Of a stretch of DNA of 64,000 bases, positions 18,360 to 32,614 are shown one piece after another. The notes beneath the pieces were generated by a model. The model worked only from the letters and a program-made list of their open reading frames with translations. It did no database searches and was not told the origin of the DNA. This DNA is from Eledone cirrhosa (lineage: Eukaryota), in NCBI GenBank assembly GCA_964016885.1, contig OZ024743.1, positions 360,220,001-360,284,000 of the forward strand. The letters are read 5' to 3'. The translations under genes and the position numbers were made by a program. Position 1 is the first letter of the stretch, and each line of letters starts with the position of its first letter.

Positions 18360-18582
18360 TAGGAGAAAGTATGACCCCGACAGCAGAGCTCTAGCCGTTT
18401 CGACGGCTATTTTTGGACTAAGGTCTGATTATTTCTGACTTTAGTCCAAAAATAGACGTCGAAACGGCTTGAGCTCTGCCGCCAGGGTCATACTTTCTCC
18501 TATTACCCACTCTACTACCCTAAGTATTGAGTACTCTGGTGCGTTATGGTCCATCTGGTTCCTTACCACAAATCCTTCGTTA
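18360..18582. mobile_element. Foldback family A, copy 2
   Basis: Inverted arms 18360-18425 / 18437-18502, then a tail homologous to reverse-complement 16811-16890. Confidence 0.85.
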
Positions 18583-18884
18583 TATATATATATATTTGTA
18601 TGTATGTGTGTGCGTGTGTGTTTGTGTGTCTGTGTCTGTATATGTGTGTTTGTGTGAAAACTGATGTCAGCTGTAGGCAGAGAGTCAGTTCATTGATTTA
18701 CGTCCGTGTCACCGAGTTAATTGATCGATGGAGACGGTCGATTGATCGACCCATACGGCCGTTTGAAGAGAGTTTTCGAGACAAAAAATTTGTAGTAACT
18801 TAACAACTATTATCGTAAACCAATGAACTAACTTTCTATCTACACCTGACTTCTATTTTTATTGTTTAAACATATATGTAATTG

Positions 18885-19042
<158 letters not shown>

Positions 19043-19470
19043 ATATAGATATAAACACATTTGTGTGTGAGTGTGTGTGTAAAGGAAGAAACCGCCAACG
19101 GGATTAAAGATTAGTACTCCAATACATCGATCAGCGGAACACCTTGCTCACGGCACTATCTTATAAGTCTTTGAGCATTCCGCATACACGTGTATCCTTA
19201 ACTTAATTCGCAAGGAAATTCAGTGTGACTCAGTGTGACATGACTGGCGCTTTGAATTACGGACACAATCCATCTGACTGGCTTGCAATCAATGGCTAGA
19301 TGTTCTTTACTGCCTTAGTGATCATGCTGTTGAATAGTAATTCATAAGATAACCTGCCCGTGGCATATCACTGAATAAAAATTGCATGAGTAATTTTGAT
19401 TTTTATTCAAGTAATTATATTCCTGTTCCCTATAACCATGTGCATTATGACCTTGTGAGAGAATATTCTC

Positions 19471-19550
<80 letters not shown>

Positions 19551-19640
19551 CAAGAGATGTCAATCTGTTATTTTTATCTAAAGACATTTTTTCCAATTCC
19601 ATCCCGCCCGTTCCATCAATCTATTTTATTTCTCATCCTT

Positions 19641-19676
19641 TCTTCTGATGAAGGACTTGCGTCCGAAACGTTAAGA
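19641..19676 (+). ncRNA. Minimal PLE-type hammerhead ribozyme
   Basis: tctt CTGATGA a ggac-ttgc-gtcc GAAA cg TT aaga; palindromic AACGTT at stem III. Confidence 0.82.
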
Positions 19677-19713
19677 CACTCTTTCTGCTATATCAAGCGT
19701 TAACCTTTTACAT

Positions 19714-19835
<122 letters not shown>

Positions 19836-20004
19836 TTATATATCTTAGACACATATGCTATTCTATACTCCACCCACCACGAGATGATGGTATTTTTATC
19901 TTTTTATTTATCTATTTATTTATATAGCTTAGGAATCTTTAATTTTCTTTTTATGTAATGTTATACTAATTAGAATTCACGATGCGCGTTATCACCTCAT
20001 TTAG

Positions 20005-20590
20005 GTGGACCAAATCAACCACAGGAGGTCAAATCCTTATGTGGGTATGGTGGAGGGCCGATTTAAGGAACGCTTCCTAAATCATCAGTCGACGTTTAGG
20101 CACCCGGACAAACGATCACCCACGAAATTCACGAGCCACGTATGGTCCCTCAAAGACTCAAGTACAGACCACCCCATTCAATTGAAAGCTATCACTAAGT
20201 CCAAGCCATACGCAAAGGACAATACGTCTTGTGGACTGTATTGAAGAATGGATAAATATTCTAAGGAGATTACGCAATAGCGATTGCCTATATTCAAAAA
20301 ATGAAATCTTCTCATGTTGTCCACATGTCTGGAAACACCTACAAAGCTCCAGATTGAATAACAAGATTCTAATTTTATAATCAACTCGAACTTTTTATTC
20401 CGTAGTTTCGCAGATATCTCCCTTACACCTTTCGCCCGTGGTTTTGTATCGCTTGGGTGAAGTGTCGTTTCTGCGCATGCGGGTTTATACGGTTGTTCTT
20501 CCTGTTCCGTATAACCATGACCAGCCTGAGCTGAAGATCCGCATTAGGTGAAACAATTGTTCTTGGTATGGTGAACTAACTGTCGTGTTA
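20005..20590 (+). mobile_element. PLE 3' fragment (GIY-YIG remnant, UTR and HHR)
   Basis: YVGMVEGRFKERFLNHQSTFR..HVWSLKD..KSKPY..CGL; related to the family at 5741-6949. Confidence 0.8.
20514..20572 (+). ncRNA. Minimal type I hammerhead ribozyme
   Basis: accat-g-acca-gcc-tgag CTGAAGA t cc-gcatta-gg t GAAA caattg TT ct-tggt-atggt; short stem II, extended stem I. Confidence 0.6.
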
Positions 20591-20593
20591 CTA

Positions 20594-20666
<73 letters not shown>

Positions 20667-20679
20667 GAAGTAAAACGAA

Positions 20680-20719
<40 letters not shown>

Positions 20720-21009
20720 GAAGTAAAACGAAGTACATATATATATATATATATATATATGTATTTCGTTTTTGAATTCGACACGCACACAAACAAGAAC
20801 ATAGGAGGGACACGAAATGAAAACCCCGACACTTAGGAGTTCATAGAATGTGTGACGAAAGAGCTTTGACAATATATAAATAACCATCGGTTATCAAACC
20901 AACCAACTGCAAACTTAAAGTAGATTTAAGTGAAGAACCAGCAGGTGCGTGATTTCATAGGCAGCATGGCCATCCTAAAGTATAAAAATATACATATTCA
21001 ACTTCCTGG

Positions 21010-23460
21010 GACAAACCTACCGACAGACACATGGGATCCAGCCTCTCGGCTTTACTTGCCATTTCATATATGAACAGGCTTGAACGTGGCACCTACTATA
21101 AAGCCACCCATATCAGAGGATTCCACAAGGTACTAGAGATTAACGGCTACCCAGTTTCCTTCCCTGGTATGGAGAGAAGTGTCACTCCCCTCCAGTTGTC
21201 ACAATCGGCAAGGTTGCCCTTCTTGGGGATACAGACAACCGCTCCGTTTCTCCAATCTTCTGGGACTTCACCCGTGTTCCACACAAGATTACATAAGTGG
21301 CCCATCCACTTGACCATGCTTTCGCCTTCTGACTTCAGCATTTCAGCAGAAATGCCATCCATACCTGCTGACTTGTTATTCTTAAGAGTTTTGATGGCAA
21401 TGCGGACTTCCTTCTCGGTGAAGTCATCAGTATTGATAGGCAACAAACTAGTAGGTTCCTTAGTGTCTTCTGGCACACGTGGCTCCGGTCGGTTGTGGAC
21501 TTCCTTGAAATGTTCAGCCCATCTGACTAACTTTTCTTCACCCTTGGAAAGCAGCGTACCATCTTTTGCTTTCACCGGGCCTGAGTTAGCTCTAGAGCTG
21601 CCGGTGATATTCTTGGCAATTTGGTACACAGAGCGCATACCAGGGAAGGTCTATTGTCTGATGATCCTGAACCGCATACGTGGTATGGTAGACCGGGAAC
21701 TGCGAGAACAACAGGCAGGGTTCCGATCAAAACGTTCCTGTGCAGAGCAGATCTTTATGTTACACCGCATCATTGAGAGGTACAACGAATTCCAGAGGCC
21801 CCTCGCCGTCAGCTTCATCGATTTCTCCAAAGCATTCGATAGCATTCATCGACCGTCGCTCTGGAACATCATGCATGAGTATGGTCTGCCCCAGAAAGTC
21901 ATTTCGGCAATCAAACAGATTTACACAAACTCCAAGTGCTGCATACGGACAGAGGATGGTTACAGTGACTGGTTTGAGGTGGTTACTGGTGTGCGTCAAG
22001 GTTGCTCGCTCTCTCCAATTCTCTTTGCCATAGCGATTGCCTGGGTACTAAGAAGAGCGTCTAAAGTCCAGGGTATATCTTGGGTGGGAGAGCAAAAGTT
22101 GTCTGACCTGGACTTTGCGGACGATATTGTTGCACTTGCAGAGAGCACAGCTGACCTGCAAATCATTATGAACAATATCAATGTCGAAGCAGGAAGCTTA
22201 GGTCTCAATATCAGTGCTCAGAAGACCAAAAGCATGTTATCTGGGACACACCCATCACCAACTAGTGTCTTCATTGAACAGGGGGAGGTGGAGATAGTGG
22301 ACAACTTCACCTACCTAGGAAGCTCCATTGATAATGGGGGCGCCATGGACAGTGAATTGCAATGTAGAATGGGAAAGGCTTCAGCAGCATTTAACCAGCT
22401 TGTCAAGATCTGGAAGAGCAGGAAGTTGACCCTCAAAACAAAGATGAGATTCTATAACAGCAACGTGCTGTCCACACTCTTGTACGGAAGTGAAACATGG
22501 CACCTTAAGACCAACCAAGAGAAGAAGTTGGACGCATTCGATTCCATGTGTCTGGGAAAGATCCTGTGGATTAAATTGAGTGACCGTGTAACAAACCAGG
22601 AAGTCAGAAACCGCACCAACCAGCAGCTAGTCTCTTCTGCCATCTGCAGGCGACGCCTGGGCTGGTTTGGGCACGCTTTGTGACTTCCCCCGGAGAGACT
22701 GGCGAACCAAGTACTTAAATGGAACCCACAGGGAAGCAGACGGAGAGGGCGGCCCAAAATGAACTGGCGCCAGACAGTTGAGAGGGACCTGCGAGCGACA
22801 AACAGACAATGGCGGGACGCTGTGCAACTGGCTGCTGACCGAACGCGGTGGAACACTATGATTGCCTCATGCGTCGCAAGACGCGGGAGCTTCTGAGCCT
22901 GAGCTTCCTTCTCCATCCCACGACGAAACCCCAGACCCAGAGACCGGACCAATATACACAACGGTTGCTTCTACAAGATCCCACATCTCAGCGTGGAAAC
23001 CACCAACGGCATGCCACCAAAACCATCAGAAGAGAGGGCCTCAATATCAAACTATCTCACTCTGGATCTGCCCTGCAAAGATGCCTCGTCGCAACACCCC
23101 CCCCCCCCCTCCCCCAACGACGTTAACGGATGGATACACCCTAAACAATTGCCCTATCTGCAATACTAATTGTTGCCTAAGTACCTACGTAGTATACAGG
23201 CTAGAATGTAACAGGTGCAATCTATTTTCCATATGCAGTACTATTCGACTGTTGTGTTAAAGAGCATGTTAATACCAATTCCTCTTCCTTCCACAAACAC
23301 ATCATCAAATGTGGGAAGCGGCACAACATTACCACCACAATCTTAGCTACCGAATGCAGTATATGCACGCTGAGAAATAAGGAGCCCTGTTAATCACGCA
23401 ATAAAAAGCTAGGATCAATAATCGTATGGAAAGAGATGCACCAGAATGGCTAATTTAAAA
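21010..23460 (+). mobile_element. Decayed, internally deleted PLE (21010-21150 and 22900-23460) interrupted by an RTE LINE
   Basis: MGSSLSALLAISYMNRLE and LEINGYP on the left; CPIC..CC.STYVVYRLECNRC GIY-YIG remnant on the right. Confidence 0.65.
21155..22900 (+). mobile_element. RTE-clade LINE with a 5' inversion (21155-21638 inverted)
   Basis: Minus strand: KNNKSAGMDGI..VPEDW..IPKKGNLADCDNWRGVTLLSIPGK; plus strand resumes IPGKVY..QQAGFR..FIDFSKAFDS..GVRQG..FADD..FTYLGS..RLGWFGH..RGRP. Confidence 0.92.
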
Positions 23461-23919
23461 GCCTGTATTCCAACATCCCAACGGCCTGTTTCATTCTTCC
23501 TTACTTTCAAATTAAATCTATGGCCTCGCTAGGCAAACGCACTTAGACTCAAGCAGACACATACATGTATCGCACACATGTGTTTCCCGTTTTATTATAT
23601 ACATATTCGAACACATCTTTCAATACATAATCTTATATTCATGAACATGCATACAAACATTCACTCATACACATGCATTGATCATACATATATCATACAT
23701 TTCACAAGGCGCACGTTCGACAATTTAACGTCTTTTCATTTCATTTAACTTAAAACTGCTCTCCATACAAGTTAGTCTATCCGATCGATTTTTAAGTCTC
23801 TCATAAGGTCAGTCCCTTGATAATGGGTTTTTAAATTGGCTAAGGTAAGATTCTTTTGTTATCGTGGCAATTTAACATTCTTCATACGTATTGTTTTGGT
23901 CTTCAACATCTAAATTTGT

Positions 23920-24019
<100 letters not shown>

Positions 24020-24052
24020 CGCACACGCACACACAAACACACACACATACAC

Positions 24053-24088
<36 letters not shown>

Positions 24089-24154
24089 TTATCCTTATCG
24101 AACCCTCTTTGGATTTTAGTCTTCAAATTTATTATTATTACTATATATATATAT

Positions 24155-24195
<41 letters not shown>

Positions 24196-24200
<5 letters not shown>

Positions 24201-24376
24201 GTTTCTACGTTAGGCACAAGGCCAGCAAATACACAGTGCATTACTGGTACTTTATTTTATCGACCCCGTAAGGATGAAAGGCAAAGTTAACCTTGGCGGG
24301 ATTTGAACTCGGAATGGCAAGGGCCGTAACTCTATACGTCAAAGCATGGCGTCCGACCCTCTACCAATACTGCCAA
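24196..24376 (-). mobile_element. tRNA-derived SINE (OK-like), full length
   Basis: Reverse complement: GGCAGTATTGGTAGAG...GAGTTCAAATCCC...CCTTACGGGGTCGATAAAATAAAGTACCAG. Confidence 0.88.
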
Positions 24377-24399
24377 TCTACAATGGACTCTTCTTGCGA

Positions 24400-25900
24400 G
24401 CTCTACGTATGAGTGTCCAACAGCTTTAGTTTAGTCAGTTTGTGGATATATGAAGTTGATAGTAGATGAAGAACTTAGGTATTAATTATCACACATACCG
24501 ATCGCATCGTCAGCTCATCATAATTACGACTAAATGGGGACATTTTCGGTGCCTCTATTCTTACTCTTTATTTCATGAAAAGATCACCTTTTGAGATCTT
24601 ATCTTTTCGTGTCTAACCAGAAATTATACGAATGCAACCCTTATGAAACACATCTGGCTGATTTATGTGTTTGCATACAGAAACCCGGCCTCGGATAAAA
24701 CCTAGATGATCGTGAGATCATTAACTTTGTAGACTTCAACTTTGGTTTCTAGCTTCATACCTCTCTTATTCCAGAGACGATCACGGATGTCACAAATTCG
24801 ATGGACAATCTAGTCACCAAGGGATACGTTTTAGTTTACTTAAGTGGAAAACAAGGTATTCTGCCCAAATTATTTGAGATTCTCCCTGGTTCTTTTTGAC
24901 ACCAAGCAATTCAAAAATGTTTTACGAGATCCTGGGTGTCTTCAAATCACGTTGCAAACAACAGAAGACAAATGATTCTAGATCTCAGTAGTTCCTTTGT
25001 TTGGAAACTCTAGGAGTTGAAAAGTCTATCAGTTGTACAAAATTGCATCCTCACAACTGTATTCATATCACCTTTAGCATACGTCACTCTTACAGTGAAC
25101 AAAAGTGCAAAAAGACTGGCAGGCGTCACACAAATTTATTTTGTGAAGTTTCTGATGTGAAAGGAATTTAAAAATTTCCTATCCGACAAAACAGCACCTT
25201 TCAGGAGTTGATGAAGTTAAGCACCCTGTAAGGGATACCAAGTTTACTGAGTACCTTCCATGTTTTACAGTGTCGAAGGTTTTAGTTATTTCATCGAATA
25301 CCATATACAATTCCTAGCTTCTTTCCATGTTTATTTGGCAAACTGACGAAGGGAACATTTCATGTCTGCAGTGTCGGGTCGAGATCAAAAAGCACAATGC
25401 AATTTTGGTTAAATATAATTTATGACATGCTTACTTATTCATTAAGGATAAATCTAACAAAAATCTTATCAGACAAGAGAGGTATGCCTCGATGTTTATT
25501 GCATAAAATGTGATTTTCCTTGTTTTTTTAAATGTGCTTGAAGGAGGTACTTTTGATGTCTTATGGGACGAAGCCATTCTTAATCAACCTTTCTCTAGCA
25601 TGCTTAGAATTCATTAGTGGAATACTATATTTTACAAGGAATCTTGTCAGAGGAAATTTATTTGAAAGAAAGCTTCTATTCCTTTAGTATTCACAAAGAG
25701 TAAGCTGGGTGAGAATTTAAAGACAGGTACTGGTAATGTTCAGATGCTGATTTGCACTTCTCATTTGGAAAACAAAAATGCAAGACATTTTTAAGGTTTG
25801 AAGTTGTCGGTTCTAGTGAATTTTTAGAATATGCCATCCGTATGCGTTTGCGAAGCCACATATCGTAAAACAGGGCTTTTTCCATTCCGTAACCCTCATA
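24400..25900 (-). mobile_element. Ancient, heavily decayed RTE (BovB-like) LINE
   Basis: Frameshifted remnants TDRLFN..LLFA, LETKVEVYKV, GCIRIISG*TRKDKIS; boundaries approximate. Confidence 0.5.
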
Positions 25901-27040
25901 TTCATGTTATAGATCATGGTGCTTTCTATTAATTACCATGCATAACTGGGGAGTTCTGTTGCGTTTCTTTTATAACAGGACTCACTCAGCATACGATTTA
26001 GTCCCCATTTTGTAATGATTACATTCAGATATTAGTACGTTGTGGTGATAGGGTATATATCTACATCTCATCTGTATTTATTGCGGTGTGGGACGTGATT
26101 GTATCACGTATAAATTCTAATCTGGACCACACATGGAACCCGGGTTAACTTGGAATTGAGTATAGTTTATTTACCTATTTCATCAAATTTCGCTACTTTT
26201 AAACTTCACACCGCTGGTGTGAATATCTAATAATCGTTTGGTATATGCTGGATATCGGCTGGCTGTGACGGCCTTCCCGCTTGCACCGCCAGAGCTTGAG
26301 TCTGTCAACCTTCCTGAGTGCTTGGAAAAATAAATTTCCCTTTCTTTCAGTAGACGAAAATACTCGGAACGGTTAGTACGCACTCGGGCCCTGGGTAGAC
26401 TGGGAATCCGTCGCATCACTGGTTATTTATTGGCCGCCAAACAGTACTCTTAAATTTTAAGATTAAATTTTACATGTTTAATCTTTGATCTTAACTTTAA
26501 ATTCTACCCTAAGACTTCATTATAACTATCAAAGATATATTTAACTTTTACATAAATGCTTCCTCCTACAAATTCTTTAAATAATTCTCTCAATTTTAAA
26601 CCTAAATTTTACATTTTTAATCTTTAATCTTATTTTAAATTATATCTTTCAATTCTAAACCTAAATTTAAAATGTTTAATCTTTAATCGTAATTTCTAAC
26701 TCTATATTAAAATCTTTTGGGTTCTGGTCCTGACTGTACATCCGTCCACTATATTTTTTAGTATTTTTTAGTACTTTTGATTAACGCCAACGAAAATAAT
26801 TTTTCTTCTATGTATCCTGATCTCATTCACCACTAGCATGTATCCATAGCACGGTAGTCGTGTTATGCACTATAAGCATACGACCTCCTGACCAAACCGA
26901 CAAGACGAAATTAAGTAGAATCCCCACTTGAAGGCGGTCATCCGGACAGGCAACTGTTGGCTCTGGTCGCCTTCAGGTCTAAAACATTTCTCTCTACATT
27001 TTATCCCCTTGGATTGTGTCTACCATTATTATTCCTTTAT

Positions 27041-27220
27041 GGCAGTATCGGTAGAGGGTCCGACGTCATGCTTTGACGTATAGAGTTACGGCCCTTTCCA
27101 TTCTGAGTTCAAATCCCGCCGAGGTCAACTTTGCCTTTCATCCTTACGGGGTCGATAAAATAAAGTACCAGTAATGTACTAGGTATTTGCTGGCCTTGTG
27201 TCAAATATAGAAACAATTAT
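27041..27220 (+). mobile_element. tRNA-derived SINE (OK-like) with an 11-bp TSD
   Basis: Full head, B-box and core; TATTCCTTTAT at 27030-27040 and 27220-27230. Confidence 0.9.
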
Positions 27221-27244
27221 ATTCCTTTATTGGATAAATTTCGA

Positions 27245-27304
27245 AACACATGATGATGTCACCGGGTTCCTGCAGAAAACCGTCATTGAAATGTGCATAG
27301 TGTT
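27245..27304 (+). ncRNA. Hammerhead with a C3A mutation (probably inactive)
   Basis: aacac ATGATGA t...cgtcat t GAAA tgtgca TA gtgtt; intact paralogue at 59691-59748. Confidence 0.55.
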
Positions 27305-27516
27305 CATAATTAGTCTTTAAGGAATTTCACCAGTCCGACCCCTTGTCATTTTACTCAATAATAATTAACTCCGCTCTCGCACCACCAACAAGATTCAACA
27401 TAAACGAAGATGGCTGAGTTGCATCGCGTCGAGTGATTTTCCTAATAATACATCACGGTTGACTATACGGAATAACCAGTTCTATCCAGTGGTGAAACAA
27501 CAAACCTAAATCTATA

Positions 27517-27563
<47 letters not shown>

Positions 27564-27596
27564 ACACACACACACACACACACATACACACACACC

Positions 27597-27643
<47 letters not shown>

Positions 27644-27980
27644 TTAACTACAGATCTTTTATAGTAGAATTATATTGCATTTCATATAGCTGAAGGATAA
27701 TAGGTACCGCTGTTTATATTTTATCACATGCTCCTCTATCTGCTATAGCAATAGATATTTCGATATGCAAACTTTGATGTAGACAAATCAGTTAACAAGA
27801 ATTAATTGAACATAGCCATGGCATATAAAACATTCTCATAGGAAACCAGAGAAACACTCTGGGGCCTTTTTGCTTCTGGCAGCACGCTCCCTAGCATTGG
27901 CCGTCGGATGTATATATTTCTAGAACTAAGTTTTTGAGAAACAAGAAGAGTCAGGCAGACATATTTAAATAGGTTGGTCC

Positions 27981-28050
<70 letters not shown>

Positions 28051-28283
28051 GAATAATCGAGTATCGGAAAATCAGCTCACGAATATATATATATATATAT
28101 ATATATATATTCGCTAAGGGGAAAAGTACTATTGACAATACGGTTTACGAGACTCAATTTAAAACAATAAATCTAGAAAAGAAATACAAACCAATATTGG
28201 GCAACTGCCTAACACTAATTTATACAGCCACTGATGAGCAAAGAGAATGAAAAACGTTGTAGTATGTCGGTTAATAGATAGAA

Positions 28284-28730
28284 TATATTGTTATAATTTG
28301 GGGCGGGGATCATGCTGCCAATAAAAAAACACGCACCTGTTGATTTCACTTCAATTTATTATACATTTCCGGTCGGTTGGTTGATTCAATAACCGGATGG
28401 TTGTTTATATAATGTCAAGGCTCATTTGTCACAGATTCTGTGACCTCCTCAGTGATTAGGTTTTTATCTGTGTCTCTCCTTTGTTCTGTCCTACACCATC
28501 TTGTTTTTTTTGTGTTGTGCACTTAGTTTGCCCGTGCGTGGGAGGGACCGTCCTGAGGAAGTTCAGTTAAGCCTGAAATGCATAGACGGTTGTCCCCCTT
28601 GCTTCTGCTGGACACGACCAGAGGGCGATAGCAGTGATGTTTGCATAGCTACGGCTTTCTAAAACCGTGTTTCTTTAGAAATACGAAATTTCTATACATA
28701 TTTGTATAAAGCTATGCTTGAGGCGAAATC
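28284..28730. mobile_element. Non-coding PLE-related terminal repeat, inverted homologue of 20780-20990
   Basis: Shared blocks CATGCTGCC..CACGCACCTG..GTTGGTT..ATAACC..GTCAA; terminus resembles the Naiad-like terminal 27-mer. Confidence 0.55.
28547..28590 (+). ncRNA. Minimal type I hammerhead ribozyme
   Basis: accgtc CTGAGGA ag...ct GAAA tgca TA gacggt; stem I extended by ggga/tccc; stem II eroded. Confidence 0.65.
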
Positions 28731-28735
28731 ATATT

Positions 28736-28766
<31 letters not shown>

Positions 28767-28939
28767 ATGTGTGTGTGTGTGTCTATGTATGTGAGTGTGT
28801 GTGTGTGGGGGGGGGGGTTATGTATATATATATATATAAATATATAGTAATAATAATAAAGTTGAAGACAAAAATCCAACGAGGGCTCGATAAGGATAAA
28901 AATATATCAAATATATAAGAACCGTAGAGCAAATATTTA

Positions 28940-29680
28940 TTAAAATAACAGATTAAAGTTTAAGCAAAGAATCGCTGCTTTCACACTTAACGGGATCTTC
29001 TGAAACTAAAAAAGTCAATTTGTGAACGCAGAAATAAATATTTCAAAAATCGTTGCAACAAGAGGAAGACAGGAAGACGATACTTTGGTTCGTGGAAACG
29101 TTCCCTGGCAAAGAACGGGGAAAATCGAAGATAATACGTCATTATTTGGAGCGGTGAAAAAACCACGTTTATGGTATAAAAGAAGTCGTAGACTAATATT
29201 CTATTAGGTGGTTGATGGAGACGTGCTCTGGCAATGAACGGAAAAAACGAAGATAATACGTCATATGTGTAGCGGGGAGAACAATTGCACGCAAAGATAA
29301 TATACGCAAACGGTATAACTGAAGTCGTAGACTAAATTTCTAATGAGAAAACCGAATGATTCTTAACTCTGAAGCCGTGAATCATTCGGTTTCCTAGTTA
29401 GAATTTTAGTCTACGACTTCAGTTATACCATTTACGTGGTTTTGTCTTTGCGTGCAATTGTTCTCTCCGCTCCACATATGAGGTATTATCTTCGTTTTTT
29501 CCCGTTCTTTGCCAGTGAACGTTTCCACGAACCAAAGTATCGTCTTCATGTCTTCCTCCGGTTGCAACGTTTTTTGAAATATTTACTTCTGCGTTCACAG
29601 ATTGACTTTTTAGATTCAGAAGATCCCGTTAAGTGTGAAAGCAGCGATTCTTTGCTTAAACTTTAATCTGTTATTTTAAT
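28940..29680. repeat. ~740-bp imperfect foldback (family C)
   Basis: Arms meet at GAAAACCGAATGATTC..GAATCATTCGGTTTC (~29347-29392); family also at 24087, 30590-30860, 41020-41215 and 55915. Confidence 0.85.
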
Positions 29681-29694
29681 ATATATATATATAT

Positions 29695-30522
29695 GCTTCT
29701 CTGACCGCTCATGAAATTCACCCAGCTTATGCTGATCGGATAACTATCATGATTGCTTGCTGTTTTCCCAGCCTTCGGTTTGCTTTTCCTTCTGTTGTTT
29801 ACTTGTCTTACTCGCTTTACGCGTTTCACTTGTCCCAATAGCTTATTTTAGTTATTGCTCGCACCAACTTGAGGTATCTGATTTTTAATGCGATGAAATA
29901 CCAATGATGGTTGGCAAATCACTGATGAGGGACTAATTTTATAATATGTAATCCATGTGCAACCATGCAGCATTCTTCTCCCCATGTTTTTCATATATAT
30001 TTACCTAAACTGCGATTATCTGTTTCTCTCTTTCTCTCTTACTGCTCCCCCGATCTCTCTGTTTCTCTTACCTTCTTTCGTCCCCTCTGTCAGTTAACAC
30101 TTTCTCTCGACTGACCTCTTCCTCGCACTTCCACTCACTCACTCTCTGTTTCTCCCCTTCTCACTTCCTCCCGTTCGCTAGTAGTGGGGTTTCTTCTTTC
30201 TCACACCGCATTCACGGCGTACGGTCTGCTTCTCTGACCGCTCACGAAATTCACCCAGCTTATGCTGATCGGATAACTATCATGATTCCTTGCTGTTTTC
30301 CCAACCTTCGGTTTGCTTTTCCTTCTGTTGTTTTCTTGTCTCACTCACTTTACGCGTTTCACTTGTCCCAATAGCTTATTTTAGTTATTGCTCGCACCAA
30401 CCTGAGGTATCTGATTTTTAATGCGATGAAATACCAATGATGGTTGGCAAATCACTGATGAGGGACTAATTTTATAATATGTAATCCATGTGCAACCATG
30501 CAGTATTCTTCTCCCCATGTTT
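29695..30522 (+). repeat. Partial tandem, 533-bp period (family D)
   Basis: GCTTCTCTGACCGCTCA at 29695 and 30228; related to reverse-complement 43193-44262. Confidence 0.9.
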
Positions 30523-30578
<56 letters not shown>

Positions 30579-30631
30579 TGTATATATATATACAGAGAGA
30601 TTCTTTGCTTAAACTTTAATCTGTTATTTTA

Positions 30632-30696
<65 letters not shown>

Positions 30697-31388
30697 AAAA
30701 TAACAGATTAAAGTTTAAGCAAAGAATCGCTGCTTTCACACTTAACGGGATCTTCTGAATCTAAATCGCAAGGACAAAACCACGTAAATGGTATGACTGA
30801 ATTCGTAGACTAAAATTCTAACTAGGAAACCGAATGATTTTCGGCTTCAGAGTTCAGAATAAAGTAAATAATACAGAGGTAATTGAAATAAAATAAATCC
30901 AAACACGCATCCATATACGTACATACACAAGCATACGCGAAAACACTTTCCATAGGTATACAAATACACGCATATATATGTGCGTCTGTGTGTGCGCGTG
31001 TATACAAATAATTAAGTAAACGTATATAAATAAATAAATACGTATATAACAAGCACATACACATACCTACATGTAAATACACATATGTTCGGAGAGAAAC
31101 GTCAACTAAAACACAAAGTACACATATACACACACCCTACATACGTACGAACCCGCATACTCACACAGACGCAAAACTCACGTATACACATACCCAAATG
31201 CATATGTACCAGAATATATAAAATATAAGCCATAACATATACAATCAAATATACGTACGAGAAAGTATACGTACCTTCACAAAACATACAGGTAATATAT
31301 ACTTACCTATACAAATAGGGTGATGGTATAAACATAACATATACTTACCTCCCACATCAAGACGTAAAATATCCGCGTATAGATCGTA

Positions 31389-31935
31389 CTATCCGTTAGG
31401 GTATAATGTGGGGCCGTAATACAGGAAAGGTTTGTGCAATTTATGTTTACAAGCCGAAATTGCCTCAGATTTTTGGTTTAAGATGTGGTCTATGGCGTAG
31501 AGTATTTCCAGGGCCTCAGCGGCGCAGAGGTCACATGGTCTTTTATTTCTGTTATACGATCTAGCCCTACCTAGGATCTCCCAGTGTAACTTGTATTGGC
31601 TGTGGTTGTCTTTTAGACTCCAGATATAAGCTGAAAGTGACGTCATATTCCTTCTTAGAGGGTAACGAAAAGAATGGGTATGCATGTAAAGACGCTGCTT
31701 GAATCTATTGGCGGTTAACTCTATGTAGGCCCTACGGGACGTGGGTGTTTCATCCTTACATTTCTAGACAATGCTACTGGAGAGGCATTTCCCGGATAGG
31801 GGGCAGTCAACCCGATTCCTACAATTACAGTTAGTACTAACTACAGGGTTACACGTGTTCCTACGGCTAGGTAGTTTAGCTAAATTTGAAGCTGTGATGT
31901 TATGTGCAAGGTTAGGAGTCGTAGAGTAAGACATT
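31389..31935 (-). pseudogene. PLE GIY-YIG C-terminal fragment (family of 5741-6949)
   Basis: [57 protein letters not shown]; one internal stop. Confidence 0.85.
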
Positions 31936-31938
31936 TTA

Positions 31939-31971
<33 letters not shown>

Positions 31972-32614
31972 TATACACATATACATACACATTCATATGT
32001 AATAGCATTAAAGTTTCACCATGTAAATTATATGTGAGAATTTTATTTGCAATTCTAAGATCTCCCAGAAGATTGTAATATTTTTCGAATTCGTACATAC
32101 AACGGCGTCGAGAAAAATATACATTCCGTATTATAATCTGATGTGCACCGCACGTTTCTCTTGAAATAATGTCTAATATAAGAAACGTATTCTTGACATT
32201 AATAGCCAAAGAACTCCTAGGCCAGCGCGATTATATTTAACAGAATCCAACAGTGAATCTATAGTCTCAACATAGATATTTCCATTCAAACTGAAACCCA
32301 GAGCTCATTGGGCAAATCTTGTAGTAGTATGTGATATAAGCTTCGTTTTCTGTAGTAATGTATATATATATAAATGTAAAGTATCGTAACACATATGACA
32401 ATATATATAATATGTATCATGAAAGTGCTTCTGTATAAAAAAAAACTCGATGGACGATTCTCCACAGCATCAATAATTCAAATTTAAAAAAATATATGTA
32501 TATAGACATATATCATTAGAGAAACACAGTATGTTGTACATAAACATACAATATTTAGGAAACATTTTGTATTAAGGTAGAACAATTTAAATTATTTACA
32601 GCGTTGTTTCATAG

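Larger units (their letters stand above)
26150..27510 (+). mobile_element. Unclassified repeat family B (HHR-bearing), with a nested SINE
   Basis: 26310-26370, 27245-27340 and 27400-27510 each have homologues within 59640-61617. Confidence 0.5.

Noticed and set aside
21031-22683. 550-aa ORF as a single protein
   Set aside because: It is a chance in-frame chimera of a PLE remnant, inverted RTE and sense RTE.
28225-28265. CTGATGA...GAAA motif
   Set aside because: No convincing stem II or stem III pairing.
29612-29652. HHR-like CAGAAGA..GAAAGCAGCGA in family C
   Set aside because: U4 is replaced and there is no UH cleavage triplet in any copy; at most a vestige.
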